Part shown: piece by piece, positions 29,100 to 44,699 of the stretch
Layout of the letters: every line of letters starts with the position of its first letter
Position numbering within the stretch: position 1 is the first letter of the stretch
From: Eledone cirrhosa
Lineage: Eukaryota
DNA: 64,000 bases
Direction of reading: 5' to 3'
Assembly: GCA_964016885.1 (NCBI GenBank)
Contig: OZ024745.1
Span: 28,272,001-28,336,000, forward strand
Program-made: the position numbers and the translations under genes
The notes under the pieces: model-generated
Seen by the model: the letters and a program-made list of their open reading frames with translations, nothing else
The model's database searches: none
Told to the model about the DNA's origin: nothing

Positions 29100-29282
29100 T
29101 AATTGGCAGTATCGGTAGAGGGTTGGACGCCATGCTTTCTAGCATAGTTACGTCCCTTTACAGTCTGAGTTCAAATCCCACCGAGGTTAACTTTGCCTTT
29201 CATCCTTACGGGGTCGATAAAATAAAGTACCAGTAATATACTGGGTAATTGCTGTCCTTGTGCCTAAAGTAGAAACAATTAT
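29100..29282 (+). mobile_element. Nin/Deu-domain SINE
   Basis: Near-identical to 4239-4422. Confidence 0.9.
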
Positions 29283-29418
29283 ATGTTTATGTACGCAAAC
29301 AGAAGTCTGATGAGCTTTTAATTCCAGAGTCGGTGTTTGCATAGCTACGGCTTCCTAAAACCGTATTTCTTTAGAAATACGAAATTTCTATACACACACA
29401 CACACACTCACACACACA

Positions 29419-29463
<45 letters not shown>

Positions 29464-29470
<7 letters not shown>

Positions 29471-30088
29471 TTAGTTAAGCAAAACAAGACCACAAATTTC
29501 ACAAGGAAGACATTATTAAAAGATTGTCAACATATTTTAGTTTGATGTAAGAAATGTAGAGAATAATAATAATAATATTAATAATAATTGTTTCTACTTT
29601 AGGCACAAGGCTAGCAATTACCCAGTGTATTACTGGTACTTTATTTTATCGACCCCGTAAGGATGAAAGGCAAAGTTAACCTCGACGGGATTTGAACTCA
29701 GAATGGCAAGGATCGTAACTCTATATGTTAAAGCATGGCGTCCGACCCTCTACCGATACTGCCAATTCACCGCCTTTAATAATATTATTAATAATAATTG
29801 TTTCTACTTTAGGCACAAGGCCAGCAATTATCACAGTGCATTACTGGTACTTTATTAGTAATAATAATGTCCGTTTACAATTGTTTCGCTACTCCATATA
29901 ATGTTTCTGGATCAAATGATTATAGATCATTATTGATCTGGTTCAGTTGTAAACGGACATTATTATTATTAATATTATTATTATTATTCTCTACATTCCT
30001 TACATCAAACTAAAACTATGTTGACAATCTTTTAATAATGTCTTCCTTGTGAAATTTGTGGTCTTGTTTTGCTTAACTAATGAATATT
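29464..30088. repeat. Fold-back inverted repeat with two SINE copies (29586-29775, 29797-29856) inserted in the left arm
   Basis: 29464-29585 is the reverse complement of 29965-30088; the inner arms are aatgtccgtttacaa and ttgtaaacggacatt. Confidence 0.85.
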
Positions 30089-30256
30089 TCCAGCTCTGTG
30101 CACCTAACCTCTGCGTGAACCCAGCCACATAGCTGCCTTCCACTGCATATTGCACATTGAGCACATGCCTTTACGCTTTGGCTTCTAACTAATTCACCAA
30201 TCTCTCTTCTCCTCTCCTTTCTCCATCTCTCTCTTTAAGATTGGTTACTCTTGAAC

Positions 30257-30314
<58 letters not shown>

Positions 30315-30317
30315 TAT

Positions 30318-30943
30318 AACGGATTAAAGTTTAAGCAAAGAATCGCTGCTTTCACCCTTAACGGGATCTTCTGAAACTAACAAAGTCAATCTGTGAACGC
30401 GGAAGTGAATATTTCAAAAAACCTTGCAACCGGAGGAAGACAGGAAGACGATACTTTGCTTCGTGGAAACGTTCCCTGGCAAAGAACGGGAAAAAACGAA
30501 TATAATACGTCATTATTTGGAGCGGTGAAAAACAATTACACGCTAAAAGACAAAACCACGTTTATGGTATAAAAGAAGTCGTACACTAATATTCTATTAG
30601 GTGGTTCATAGAGACGTTCTCTGGCAATGAACGGAAAAAACGAATAATGACGTATCATATTCGTTTTTTCCCGTTCTTTGCCAAGGAACGTTTCCACGAA
30701 GCAAAGTATCGTCTTCCTGTCTTCCCCCGGTTGCAACGTTTTTTGAAATATTCACTTCCGCGTTCACAGATTGACTTTGTTAGTTTCAGAAGATCCCGTT
30801 AAGGGTGAAAGCAGCGATTCTTTACTTAAACTTTAATCTGTTATTTTAATAAATATTTGCTCTACGGTTCTTATATATTTGATATATATTTATCCTTATC
30901 GATCCCTCTTTGGATTTTAGTCTTCAAATTTATTATTATTACT
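30318..30943. mobile_element. Inverted pair of pLTR fragments from the Penelope-like family at 47257-50520
   Basis: 30320-30518 is the reverse complement of 30643-30843; 30800-30943 matches 47257-47398. Confidence 0.9.
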
Positions 30944-31024
30944 ATATATATATATATATATATATACACACCTGGTATGTATCGTAGTATGGCCCACCGG
31001 TCTACATTGAAACATATATAACAA

Positions 31025-31061
<37 letters not shown>

Positions 31062-31075
31062 GGGGGGGGGGTGAG

Positions 31076-31300
31076 TTGAAGATCGTGGACGGGCTAGCAC
31101 CAAACTCTGACATTGCAAGATACACCAATATTCGAAGAGAACATAGTTTCAAAGTCCCACAGCTCTTTAACACCTTACCGAAAACATTGAAAGACACACG
31201 AACTGGATGTAAATATCTTTGCATTCTATTATCTGAGATCCCAGACGTGCCTATGTATCACCCCCAAGAATCACAAATAAAGGGCAACGACAGTACGAAA
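31076..31300 (+). pseudogene. Degenerate 3' coding fragment of a non-LTR retrotransposon (CR1/L2-group-like)
   Basis: KIVDGLAPN...SFKVPQLFNTLPKTLKD...LSEIPD resembles LINE ORF2 C-termini. Confidence 0.5.
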
Positions 31301-31440
31301 CGCCCTCATTCACCAAATGCCAACCAGAGATGGAAAGCTATATACAGTGTAACAACATCGAAGGTGCTGCTCCAGTATGACCGCAATCCATGGACTGGAA
31401 CAGGTAAAACAGAATAACATTTTCACGCACAAACAATCGA

Positions 31441-31490
<50 letters not shown>

Positions 31491-31931
31491 TAGATTGAGA
31501 TCATTGCTTTGGCAGAATCTTCAGAAGCTAATAAATATCCTGAAGATCAAAGATAACATGTGAAACACTAACGTGAAATCCTGATATATTTATATATGTA
31601 GATTTATGCATCCGTTAATTACATACACCCACACATATACTTATTAACCAAGATAATCGTCATCATTATTGTTGAATCTAAGAGTTTCACACTTCTGTAT
31701 TACCTGTTAGAACAACATTAATTTCCTCTCGGTGGGTAGTGAAGGAACTTAAAAGCAAGTATTATACTGGTGTTCGACATGTGGATGGGATAGGGGTGTT
31801 ATACGACTGTTACTGGGACATATGGAGACAGGGGTGTTATATGACTGGGCACAGGCTGTTACCATATTTGAATAGGGAGAAATTCTGAGACAAGAAAAAA
31901 GAATAAGGATATTTTACAGTGAAAGATTAAC

Positions 31932-31984
<53 letters not shown>

Positions 31985-31986
<2 letters not shown>

Positions 31987-32568
31987 TGTTTCTACTTTTG
32001 CAACAAGGCCAGCAATTATCCCAGTGTATTACTGGTACTTTATTTTATCGACCCCGTAAGGATGAAAGGCAAAGTTAACCTCGGCGGGATTATAATAATA
32101 ATGATTTCATTTATTGGCCACAAGGGCCCACATGTAGGGGACAATACAAAGATAGGGACAGTGGGGGTTTACAATAATAATTGTTTCTACTTTAGGCACA
32201 AGGCCAGCAATTACCCAGTGCATTACTGGTACTTTATTTTATCGACCCCGTAAGGATGAAAGGCAAAGTCAACCTCGGCGGGATTTGAACTCAGATCGTA
32301 AAGGGACGTAACTATGCTGGAAAGCATGGCGTCCGACCCTCTACCGATACTGCCAATCCACCGCCTATAATTTACAATAATAATAATAATTGTTTCTACT
32401 TTTGACACAAGGCCAGTAATTACCCAGTGCATTACTGGTATTTTATTTTATCGACCCCGTAAGGATGAAGGCAAAGTTAACCTCGGCGGGATTTGATCTC
32501 AGAATGGCAAGGGCCGTAATTCTGTGTCAAATCATGGCGTCTGACCCTCTACCTATACTGCCAATCCA
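31985..32568 (-). mobile_element. Cluster of three Nin/Deu-domain SINEs in an (AAT)n tract
   Basis: Copies at about 31985-32090, 32178-32367 and 32388-32568. Confidence 0.9.
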
Positions 32569-32581
32569 TAATAATAATAAT

Positions 32582-34572
32582 GCTTTCTTTATTAACCACA
32601 AGGGTTGATACAAAGTATAACATTAAGGACAACACAGGACAATACAAATGGGCATTTCTGCGTTTAAAAAACAAAAACATGTGACAAAACAGGAAACAAT
32701 GAAAAATTCCCCAATAGAGGGGAGACCTCTGAGGGTTGATCGTGGAGAAAGCCCACAAGAAAAACCACGGTTACCCTGACCGCTAGGGCAATTGCCCTCT
32801 TCCAGTTTTCCTCCTACAATGCTACAGGCACACGCTCAGGGTAAACCCATTCACTCGGGCCATTCTTGCCTCTCTCATCCACCTTTCAACAAACTGGCTG
32901 GAAGTCAGCACTTCCCTCTCCACACTGATTTTCCTTTTCAGGTAAAATCTGAAAAAGTTAATGAGGGCCTCACTGAAGAGGAAAGTACCCGTCTTCAACC
33001 CTTTCAGACGTGTCCACCATACAATCTCTTTTACCATGGCCACCAGGCAGATAAAAACTGCCTGCCCTTCTCGGCTAAAGGAAGGCGACGGGTAAATTTT
33101 CACGATGGACTCAGCTGATAGCCGGATCCGTTCTACACGTCACAGCAGGTGTTTGGCATAAACCCACTAGTCAGCAATGCTCGAACACTGGACGAGTGCG
33201 TGCAGGACGGTTTCATTGCCCTGCGCGCATCTCAGACAGGCCCGGCTGAGGGCACTTCCATGCCTGTAGAGTTTATCCCGAACTGGCAAGGCTCCTCGGT
33301 ACACTGCCAGGCCAGGGATTTCTGGAAGTTGTCCATGGGCCCCGGTCCGAAAGTTCTCCCGAAGAGATTGGCTAGTTGGTTTTCGTTGATGCCTAGAGTC
33401 TCCCCAAGGAGTCGTTGCTCTTTCCCTCCACTGACCCTCTATAGAACGCCAAGGTGGAGTTTCCAGCGATTGTATTGCTCGACTGGTCGAGGGCTGTAAG
33501 CGTCTGAAGACATTCCAGTCTCCAAGCACTTCCTCTCGGTCTTCGCTTGACCCAGGACAGCAGCTCCGTCAAAGAGACAACCTGATCAAAGAGACACCTG
33601 ATCACCGTCGAGAGAAGAGGTGGAGATGTCGTAGCCTGAGCGCATATCTGCGCATCATCAGCCATGGCATACCCAGCCCTCGGCGTAGCGGGTGTTGACA
33701 GCAGATGGACCGCCTGACCATCGGAGCATGTCCCTTCCACAAAAAGCGAAAGAGCAAACTCTCTAGTGCAGTTAGGCGAGGCTTAGGACAAGGCACAACG
33801 GTCAGGCGGTAGTAGATGACGGACGCGATATACGCATTCGCCACCTCCGCTCGACCTTTCAGGGATAGCTCCCGCTCGGCCCATTTCTGGGTGAGAGAAG
33901 CCACCTTACTCGTGACCTCCTCCCAGTTTTTGTCCATCTGGAGATCCGGACCGAACCAGACCCCTAGCAATTTAACCGGTCCGTCCGTCCAGCGCCCGAC
34001 GACGCTGTTGAAAGGCATGGACCTGCCTCTCCAGGTGCCGAGTTGCAGGCCTACTGATTTTTCCTGGTTGATCATTCCTCCTGTCACAACCTCGTATTCT
34101 CTTAGTGTGGTGCCGATCTCCTCGATGTGTTTGGCGTTCGACACCACTACGGTGACGTCGTCTGCATATGCTGACACGGTTCTTCCGCATCCTATTTCGC
34201 GCGGGACCCCCCTCAACGTCTCCAGTTTGTGCAGTAATGGCTCGAGAGTCAATACGTACAACAAGAACGAGAGAGGACATCCTTGGCGGATCGAGCGCAC
34301 ATGATGTTGAACGGTTCCGAGAGGTGACCGTTCACTCTCACCACAGAGCAGATGTTGCTGTGCATGGCAGCAATCCAACCTCTGAAGACGGGCCCAAAGC
34401 CAGTTGCTCTTAGGACTGCCGCCAGATAACGATGGTCGACCCTATCGAAAGCTTTTGACTGATCTAAATTGATCAAAGACCCACCCATGCCAGGTTCATT
34501 AGCTACTCTCTCTACTATGTATCGCATGAGGTGGAGGTTGTTGTGGATGGATCTGTCTGGAATGGTGCATGT
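32582..34572 (-). mobile_element. 5'-truncated Tx1/L1-clade LINE (RT, C-terminal cysteine-rich region, 3' UTR), frameshifted
   Basis: LDQSKAFDRVDH, IRQGCPLS, AYADDV, KLLGV, LSLKGRAEVAN, CLRC..ETVLHALVQC; ends in aataaagaa. Confidence 0.92.
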
Positions 34573-35129
34573 TTTAATAATAATAACAAGAAATAGAAAG
34601 ATAAAAATGTTATTAACTGTACGTATGACGCAGCTAGTTACCTTAAAGATAACAATGACTAAACAGATTCTGTTTAAAGAACTAATTTAAAATAAAGTGT
34701 TGTGTAAGCTTGTCTTAAATTTGATGGCCTTGTTTACACTACATGTTCTCTCTATCTAACCCCCCCCCCCCTCCTTCAATATGGCGGCAAACTAATGAGG
34801 TTGTTTTACAGTGTGACACAGCGCTGAAGTGGCTGTATTTGTGGATTAACTTGTATATTGATTGTTGGTGAACAGAGATGGATGTAGATTGCATTGTGAT
34901 GGTGGTGGTTATAATGGTAGTGATGGTGAAGGTTTTTGTTGTTATGGTAGTATTATAATGGTAGTGGTGGCGGTGGTAGTCTTGGTTGTTGTTGTGATGG
35001 TGGTGGTTATAATGGTAGTGGTGGCGGTGGTAGTCTTGGTTGTTGTATTATCACTGTGATGGTGGTGGAGGTGTATTAATAACATCAGTAATGGCAGTGG
35101 CGGTATTTGTCCTATGTCTGACTTGGGGT

Positions 35130-35540
35130 TTATACCGAACACGTGCTATCACATGTTGCACAGATCCAGCTATCAGCTGAGTCGATCGTGAAGATCTCCC
35201 CCTCACCTTCCTTTAGACAGAAAGGGCATGGTAGCCATGGCAAAAGAGCTTGCATGGTGGATGTGACTGAAATAGTTTAAAACAAATATTTTCCTCTTCA
35301 GTTTAAACTCTTATTAACCACTTTAAGTTTCACATAAAGAGGAAAATCAATGTGTTGAGTGAAGTGCTGCCATCCAACCATTTTGTTGAAAGGTAGATGA
35401 GAGTTACGAACATGGTCCCAGTGAATGAACCTGATCTGAGATTGCACCTGTAGAGAAAAACTGAGAGAGGGCACTTGGGTGACAGTGGCTTTTTGTCAGG
35501 TTTATCTATAAGTAACATTCGGAAGTCTGCCATTCCCCAT
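35130..35540 (+). mobile_element. Old 3' fragment of a Tx1-like LINE
   Basis: Colinear with the reverse complement of 32800-33170. Confidence 0.65.
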
Positions 35541-35619
35541 GGGGTAACTTTCTTTGCTTTGGAGAAAGAGAATTTTACCAGCTAATTAAACACACCCATG
35601 CACACAACAATACATACCT

Positions 35620-36930
35620 GTTTATCTATCCATCTATGCCTCCAACTATTCTGTTTTTCTACCAATTCATCTATGTATCGATCTTTGTATCTTCATTTTT
35701 ATCTACCTATCTCGGTATCTACCTATGTATGTGTATTTCTATCTACCTATCTACCTACCAACTTTTATCTATCTATCTATTTACCTATCTATCAACCTAT
35801 CGACATACTTATATAAGTCTGTCTAATACTTGTCTCTATGTTTATGTCTGTATAGCTACCTGTCTGTGTGTGCCTACCAACCTACTTACCTATGTATATG
35901 TATATCTAACAAACACCTGTGTCTCGGTCTATATATCTAACAGGCTACGAATGTATCTATCTGTTTGTCTATCTACCTACCTATATCTGTAACTAACAAC
36001 TTACCTGTCTGTCTATCTACCTACCTATATCTGCAACTAACAACTTACCTGTCTGTCTATCTACTGATCTAGCTATCCGTGTGTCTATGTCTACCTGCCT
36101 ATATGTATATGTGCCACTATCAACCTACCTGGCTGTCTATCTTTGTTATAATTGTTTGTTTCAATATTTTTACACGACTGTATGTAAAATCCCCGGCATG
36201 TGTCTTTGTCTTGTCCCCTTTTCTTGTGCGCCCTTGTGGCAAATAAAGAAATATATCTATGTCCACCTGTCTGTATCTATCTATCTATCTATCTATCTAA
36301 CTATCTATCTATCTATCTATCTATCTATTTATCTGTCTGTCTGTCTGTCTATCTGTCTGTCTGTCTACCTAACTATCAGGGTGGAGAGAGAGGCACTGCA
36401 CCCCAGTAAATTTACTGAAAGGTGGGTGAATGAAGCGAAAATGGCCCGAGTGATTGGGCCTTCTTTGTCTATAAGCCTGTAGGTTGAGGAAGAGAGCAAA
36501 AGGAAGAAAGGAGCACTTGCACAACACGCTCCTGGAGTTGAGGGTTGTTCTATCGACAGGGTATTAAACAACCCATTTGTGGCCCCTCCCCCCTATTGGG
36601 ATTTCGATTGTTGTAATTGTTTTTATATTTTTTACACGACTGTATGTAAAATCCCCGGCATGTCTTTGTATTGTCCCCTTTTCTTGTGCGCCCTTGTGGC
36701 TAATAAAGAAATATATCTACCTACATGCCTGTCTGTATATGTCTACCTACCTACCTACTTACTTACTTACCTACCTACCTACCTACCTACCTACCTACCT
36801 ACCTCCCTCCCTACTTACCTACCTACCTACCGACCAACCTACTTACCTCCCTACCTACCTACCTCCCTACCTACCTACCTACCTACCTACCTATGTAAAT
36901 GTGTATCTAACAACCTACCTGTCTGGCCAG
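35620..36930. repeat. (TCTA)/(CCTA) microsatellite field holding two Tx1 3' ends (36150-36252 and 36375-36712, plus strand)
   Basis: [20 protein letters not shown] plus the duplicated tail ccttgtggc.aataaagaa. Confidence 0.8.
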
Positions 36931-37088
36931 GTACGCGTTTATTCATTAACTTCCTAAACATCCCTCCCTCTCCGCTTTACTTTTAAAAACTATAAACTCC
37001 TCCCGCCCACCACTCCACCCTGATCTAACACAGCGTACTGCCTTTCCCCACCCGGCCTACTTCTTACATTACACTTGATTTATGACAT

Positions 37089-37127
<39 letters not shown>

Positions 37128-37179
37128 TAAACAAATAATGAACAAACAATTCCTTATATTAAACAAAAAAAAGTTCACT

Positions 37180-37322
37180 ATTTAACGATCGTTTCTAGGG
37201 TATATATGTGTTATAATTGGTATGCATATTCAACAGATCTATGTACAAAATTATACAAAATTATACAAATTATCAAGATTAAATATACATACCTAACACA
37301 TATATACGCCGTCTTCAGATTG
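37180..37322 (-). ncRNA. Hammerhead-like motif with a very long stem II
   Basis: CTGAAGA-cggcgtatatatgtgtta...taacacatatataccc-GAAA-cgatcg-TT; stem I is weak. Confidence 0.5.
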
Positions 37323-37353
37323 GACACTACCGTAAACTCTTGGTAAATTTATC

Positions 37354-37397
<44 letters not shown>

Positions 37398-37483
37398 CAT
37401 ACATACTTATACATACATACATTTATATATATATATATCCATATATACATACATATATATATATACATATATATATATCCATA

Positions 37484-39990
37484 TCATCATCATCATCATC
37501 ATCATCGTTTAACGTCCGTGTTCCACGCCTGCATGGGTTTGGACGGGGGTTTTCCCACTTGAGGCAAGAGTGATTGTCTTGCTCGCATAGGACTGTCTGG
37601 CAGGTTTTCTACAGTTGGATGCCCTTCCTAACACCAACCACATTTACAGTGTGGGGCTGGGAGGTTTTTACCGTGTTGCCTACACGGCCACATTACAGCG
37701 TGGACTGTGTGTTTTTTTGTCGTGACACCTACACGATCTCATTTGTTTCGGCCTGGATGGTGTGGCACCAACATAACTTTACATAGAGGGGGCGGTGTGG
37801 ATGGGGTGGTGGTGGTGGGACGGGGGTGTATTTTGTTAGAGATGCCTACTGACTGTAGTAGGTTTTACTTTGTATTTAGGTAAGGCGGGTCTTCTCTATT
37901 ACTGAGTACCGCCAAAGGTCTCGGTTCAGTGACATTGTCTTGGTGAGGTGTAACTGTGTGAGGTCGGAGTTTATCAGCTCGTCCCAGGTTTTTCTGGGTC
38001 TGCCTATTCCGTGGCTACCGTCTATCTTTATTGCCCTGCACTTTGTTATACAGCTATCGTCCTTCATGCGCATCACGTGACCATACCAACGTAGCCTTCT
38101 CTCTAGTAAAGAACATCTGATCCCTCTTATTTCTAATTTTTTCCTTAGTTCGTTTATGCTTTGTCGTTCACGTATATTACTAATACACATCCAGCGGAGC
38201 ATGCAAGCTTCGTTTCTCTCTAGTCTGCGTATATCCTCTGCACACAATTCCCAGGTCTCACTGCCATGCAACATTGCTGTTCGTATGCAGGCATCGTACA
38301 ACCTGCCTTTCATTTTTAGGGAGAACCCTTTAGCGGCTAATAGTGGTATAAGCTCTCTGAACTTTTTCCACCCAGTTCTGACTCTAGCTACTGTACTTTC
38401 AGAGCACCCTCCCCCACTGCTGATTTTGTCACCCAGGTAACGGAAGCTGTCCACTATTTCTATAGAACCCTCTGCGCAGTTGAAAGAGCTAGTATTTTGT
38501 GGGCACTTGCTGCTACTTATTGCCCCAGAACACCGGCCACATGTAAAATCTATGTTCTTAGTTAGCTTACCTGTGATCCCACTACATCTTTTATGAACCC
38601 AAACTTTGCATTTGGGACACAAAATGGAATTTCTACCTACGCCTTTCCTACACTCTGCGCATGGCCACTTCCCGGAGGGGACCGCCGCCTTATTTTCTTT
38701 CTTACAAACTAGAACTTTAGTCTTAGCCAGGTTAATTTTAAGGCCTTTTGATTCTAGCCCGTGCTTCCAAGTTTGGAATTTCTTCTCTAGCTCGGCCATT
38801 GATTCAGCTATGAGCGTTAGATCATCTGCGTATAGGAGTTCCCATGGACAGCCGGTCTTGAGCTCCACTGTTATAGCCTGGAGGGCAATAATAAATAGTA
38901 GGGGGCTAAGAACAGAGCCCTGATGAACACCAACTTTTACACTAAACTCTTCACTATATTCGTTGTTAATTCTAACCTTGCTGACTGTTTCTTTATACAT
39001 GGCTTGTATAGCTCTCACAAGCCATTCATCGACACCTAGTTTTCTAAGAGCCCACTAGATAATGGAACGGGGGACTCTGTCGAAGGCCTTCTCCAAGTCG
39101 ACGAAAGCTAAGTATAGGGGTTTACTTTTAGCTAGGTACTTCTCCTGTAGTTGTCGTACAATGAAAAGAGCGTCTGTGGTACTTTTGCCTGACACAAACC
39201 CGAACTGCATTTCATCTAGATCAATTCGCTCTCTGATTAGTTGCGCTATTACTTTTTCCGTGACCTTCATGACCTGGTCGATTAATTTAATGCCTCTATA
39301 GTTACTCCTATCTAGGGCATCTCCTTTACCCTTATAACAGTTAACGATAATGCTGCTACGCCAGTCCTTCGGAACAACCCCATTCTGTATGACTTGGTTG
39401 ACTATCCGGGTGACCATGGTGTGTCCCACCGTACCAGATGCCTTCAGCATCTCGGCAACTATTTCCGAAGGCCCAGCCGCCTTGCCTGTCTTCATATCTT
39501 TGATTGCCTTACTTATTTTACTACCCTCGACTAACACTGCTGGTCCCTCTATTGGGTCGATGTGGGGGAGACTGTCTTTCTCCCATTTATTCTCCTCATT
39601 GAGTAGCCTTTCATAGTGACACTTCCAAGCTACCTTCTTATCGGCGTCGGTGATGGCAAGTACGCCGTCATTGTTAAGTACACACTTCTCCCCGACAATA
39701 TCACTGTTTTCCTTGACACATTGCCTGGCAATCCTGAACACCTCACGTTTTTGGTCCTCACGTTGTAGAACATGCTTGAACTTTCTTTCCTCTGCTTCCC
39801 TTCTTGCGAAGTACACTTGTCTCCTAGTTTCCCTCCTGGCCACTTGATAGTCTTCTCTACTTCCCCCATCCCGCCATAGTTTCCAAGCCTGCTTTTTGGC
39901 CTTAATTGACCCCTCCACCTTACTGTTCCACCACCATGTTACTCTCCTCCTGCCTACAGGCCTGCTCCAGCCACAGACTTCGTCTGTCGA
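37484..39990 (-). mobile_element. 5'-truncated RTE-clade LINE with (GAT)n tail
   Basis: Continuous RT frame from ~39990 to 37876 with a single TAG at 39055-39057; 3' UTR and (cat)n at 37484-37506. Confidence 0.95.
37876..39990 (-). pseudogene. RTE reverse transcriptase with one nonsense codon and an internal PHD-like zinc finger
   Basis: [67 protein letters not shown]. Confidence 0.93.
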
Positions 39991-41103
<1,113 letters not shown>

Positions 41104-41271
41104 TTAATATAGATGAGATTCTACAGGACTAGAACTGTTTCATTCATTTGAACTGTTATACTCTGCTATGTATTGAGTACCTTACTTACTGTGGTTACCT
41201 CCGATTCAACCCGAATAACGTATATATATATATAGAAAGATTTGAATGGATACAGTTTAGTTGAAAGGAAT

Positions 41272-41390
41272 TTATTGACACGTGTTTCTATAACAGTTAC
41301 ATAACCTAAAACAGCTGCTATCTACAAACTTTTAGTTATGCAGACATTCAATATTTCAATGTTATTATTTACTGTCATTTCATCAGAATA
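41272..41390 (-). ncRNA. Hammerhead motif with extended (~90-nt) stem II region
   Basis: tatt-CTGATGA-aatgacag...ctgttata-GAAA-cacgtg-TC-aata; GUC cleavage triplet. Confidence 0.7.
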
Positions 41391-41948
41391 ATATTACTGA
41401 GGACCTATTTAGTTTTTTATAGAGAATATTAGGAGGGAGGGGTGAAGTTGTTAGAAGAATAGTTGAAGGAGTGGTTTTTCGATAGCAGTGAGAATTCTTG
41501 GTGGCAGTGAGTAATTAGATTCCCATCTGTTGTTTTGACATTTTTTATAGAATATATTATTGGTTATTTTTCTAAATCTCTAGAAGGATTAGAGATAGTA
41601 AAGATATGCGTGGTTGGTTTTGTGTTTGCACTTAATTAACATTCAGACTTAAATTTTTCTTTCAAGTGTACGTATCCTTTCACCCACGCATTCACACACA
41701 AATATATTTGCACACCTCTACAAAATACATATACTCACAATTCACATATTCATACTTACATATATATACACATGCATACACATATATATACACACATGTA
41801 TTCATGTACATACATACGCGCTCATGTGTATACATTTTCATACTCAACTTATCTTTATATACACACGTATAGACACACACATATATACATACATACTCTG
41901 GTCCATGTGTACACACATACACATACATACACATCTATATACACATAT

Positions 41949-41995
<47 letters not shown>

Positions 41996-42302
41996 ATATA
42001 TATAAGCACTTTAATACATGAACACACTTACATCTAACTATACACATCAAACATATATATATTTACTTATTTATATACATTTTCACATATATGTACATAC
42101 TTATGGACGTTTTTAGACACATTCATTATCGCATATTTGCACCTATTCTCATCAGCATATCTTTCCATTATTAGTGTGGTAATTTAAGGTTATTAATATA
42201 TGTTGAGAAGATATTGTTTTTATATTTTTCTAACTAGATTAAGGTTTATATAGTTGGGGGATGTCCCTCTTTTATGTAATATTCGGCTTGTAGTGGGAAA
42301 AA

Positions 42303-42391
<89 letters not shown>

Positions 42392-42403
42392 CATATATAT
42401 ATA

Positions 42404-42460
<57 letters not shown>

Positions 42461-42513
42461 TATATACATATATATATTATATATATATATATGTATATAT
42501 ATATATGTATATA

Positions 42514-42573
<60 letters not shown>

Positions 42574-42687
42574 TATATACATATATATATATACATATAT
42601 ATATATACATATATATATGTATACATATATGTATATGTATCTATGTATCTATGTATATATATATGTATATATATATGTATATGTATG

Positions 42688-42778
<91 letters not shown>

Positions 42779-42793
42779 AAGTATATATATATA

Positions 42794-42851
<58 letters not shown>

Positions 42852-42938
42852 ATATATATATAACGAAGGAGTTGTGGTAAGGAACCAGATGGACCATAAC
42901 GCACCAGAGTACTCAATACTTAGAGTAGTAGAGTGGGT

Positions 42939-43038
42939 AATAGGAAAGAGTATGACCCCGACGGCAGAGCTCAAGCCGTTTCGACGGCTATTTCGAAACG
43001 GCTTGAGCTCTGCCGTAGGGGTCATACTTTTTCCTATA
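42939..43038. repeat. Near-perfect ~46-bp-arm hairpin carrying a hammerhead 3' half on each strand
   Basis: ataggaaagagtatgaccccgacggcagagctcaagccgtttcga / tcgaaacggcttgagctctgccgtaggggtcatacttttcctat. Confidence 0.9.
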
Positions 43039-43331
43039 TATATATATTGTTATGCTTTGGAAGGGTCATGTTGCCAAAATTAAATAGAAAACATGAATGG
43101 AATAGCAACATTACAACTTACAAGTAAGGACAAAATGAAAACACACACACACATAGAACAAACAACCAACCAGTAACATGTAAATAAACAAATAAATAAA
43201 CAAATATAAACACACACAGACACCCGGATGTAACACATGCGCAAACTAAGCACACAACACACACAAAAACAAGATGGCGTAGGACAGAACAAAGGAGAGG
43301 CACAAAAACAAAGAAAAGAAAAGAATCCCCG

Positions 43332-43374
43332 GTCACTGAAGAGGTCACAGAATGTGTGACGAAAGAACTTTGAC
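43332..43374 (+). ncRNA. Hammerhead motif inside a segment bounded by ~33-bp inverted repeats (43045-43078 / 43497-43530)
   Basis: gtca-CTGAAGA-ggtcaca gaatg tgtgac-GAAA-gaac-TT-tgac. Confidence 0.7.
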
Positions 43375-43838
43375 AATATATGAACAATCGTCTGGTTGTG
43401 GAACCAAACAACCAACCGGAAATTTATAAATTCCTAAATTTATAAATTTAATTTATAATAAATTGAAGTGAAAGCAACTGGTGCATGTGTTTCTCATTGG
43501 CAACATGACCCTCCAAAAGTATAACAATATCGATTTCAACACACTTTCAGATAAAGAATCTTACTAAACAAATTCTGAAATGATTTAAATATTTACCCGT
43601 TCATAATGCTATTACCGGCAGTTTCGCTTTACAAAAGGTGAGAGATTCAGAGAATTTCTAATGGGAAAGTAAAGTTCATCAGATAGCTATTTCCATACAG
43701 TAGGAATTAATCCCACCGTCTACAAATGATTTGCCAACTACCAGCTAGTGTGAGTAAGCCGTTAGAATTCCCCACACATGAACTGCCCACTAGAAAAAGC
43801 GGGAAATATTACAGACTTGTTATATATATATATATATA

Positions 43839-44079
<241 letters not shown>

Positions 44080-44098
44080 ATGTATGTATGTATGTATG

Positions 44099-44172
<74 letters not shown>

Positions 44173-44189
44173 CATACATATACATATAT

Positions 44190-44238
<49 letters not shown>

Positions 44239-44275
44239 TATATAGATACATACTTATTCATAAATATATATATAC

Positions 44276-44369
<94 letters not shown>

Positions 44370-44530
44370 CATAATCAGAGAAAGCTAATAGCGATACTCC
44401 GGCCAAATTCCAACTCACTCAACAAACATTAGGAAATAGCTGAGTATATTCCTAATTAAACGTTCGGGGTGCTAACTACTTGTATTGTGTGGAAAATTGC
44501 TGTATCATTGGCTGTATCATTTATATATAT

Positions 44531-44666
<136 letters not shown>

Positions 44667-44699
44667 GAGGGGAGTTTTATTGTAGCACAATAAAGCAAG

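Noticed and set aside
29305-29395. Further hammerhead (CTGATGA...GAAA)
   Set aside because: Stems I-III could not be formed convincingly.
39055-39057. Programmed stop read-through in the RTE ORF
   Set aside because: A single substitution in a dead, truncated copy is the simpler explanation.
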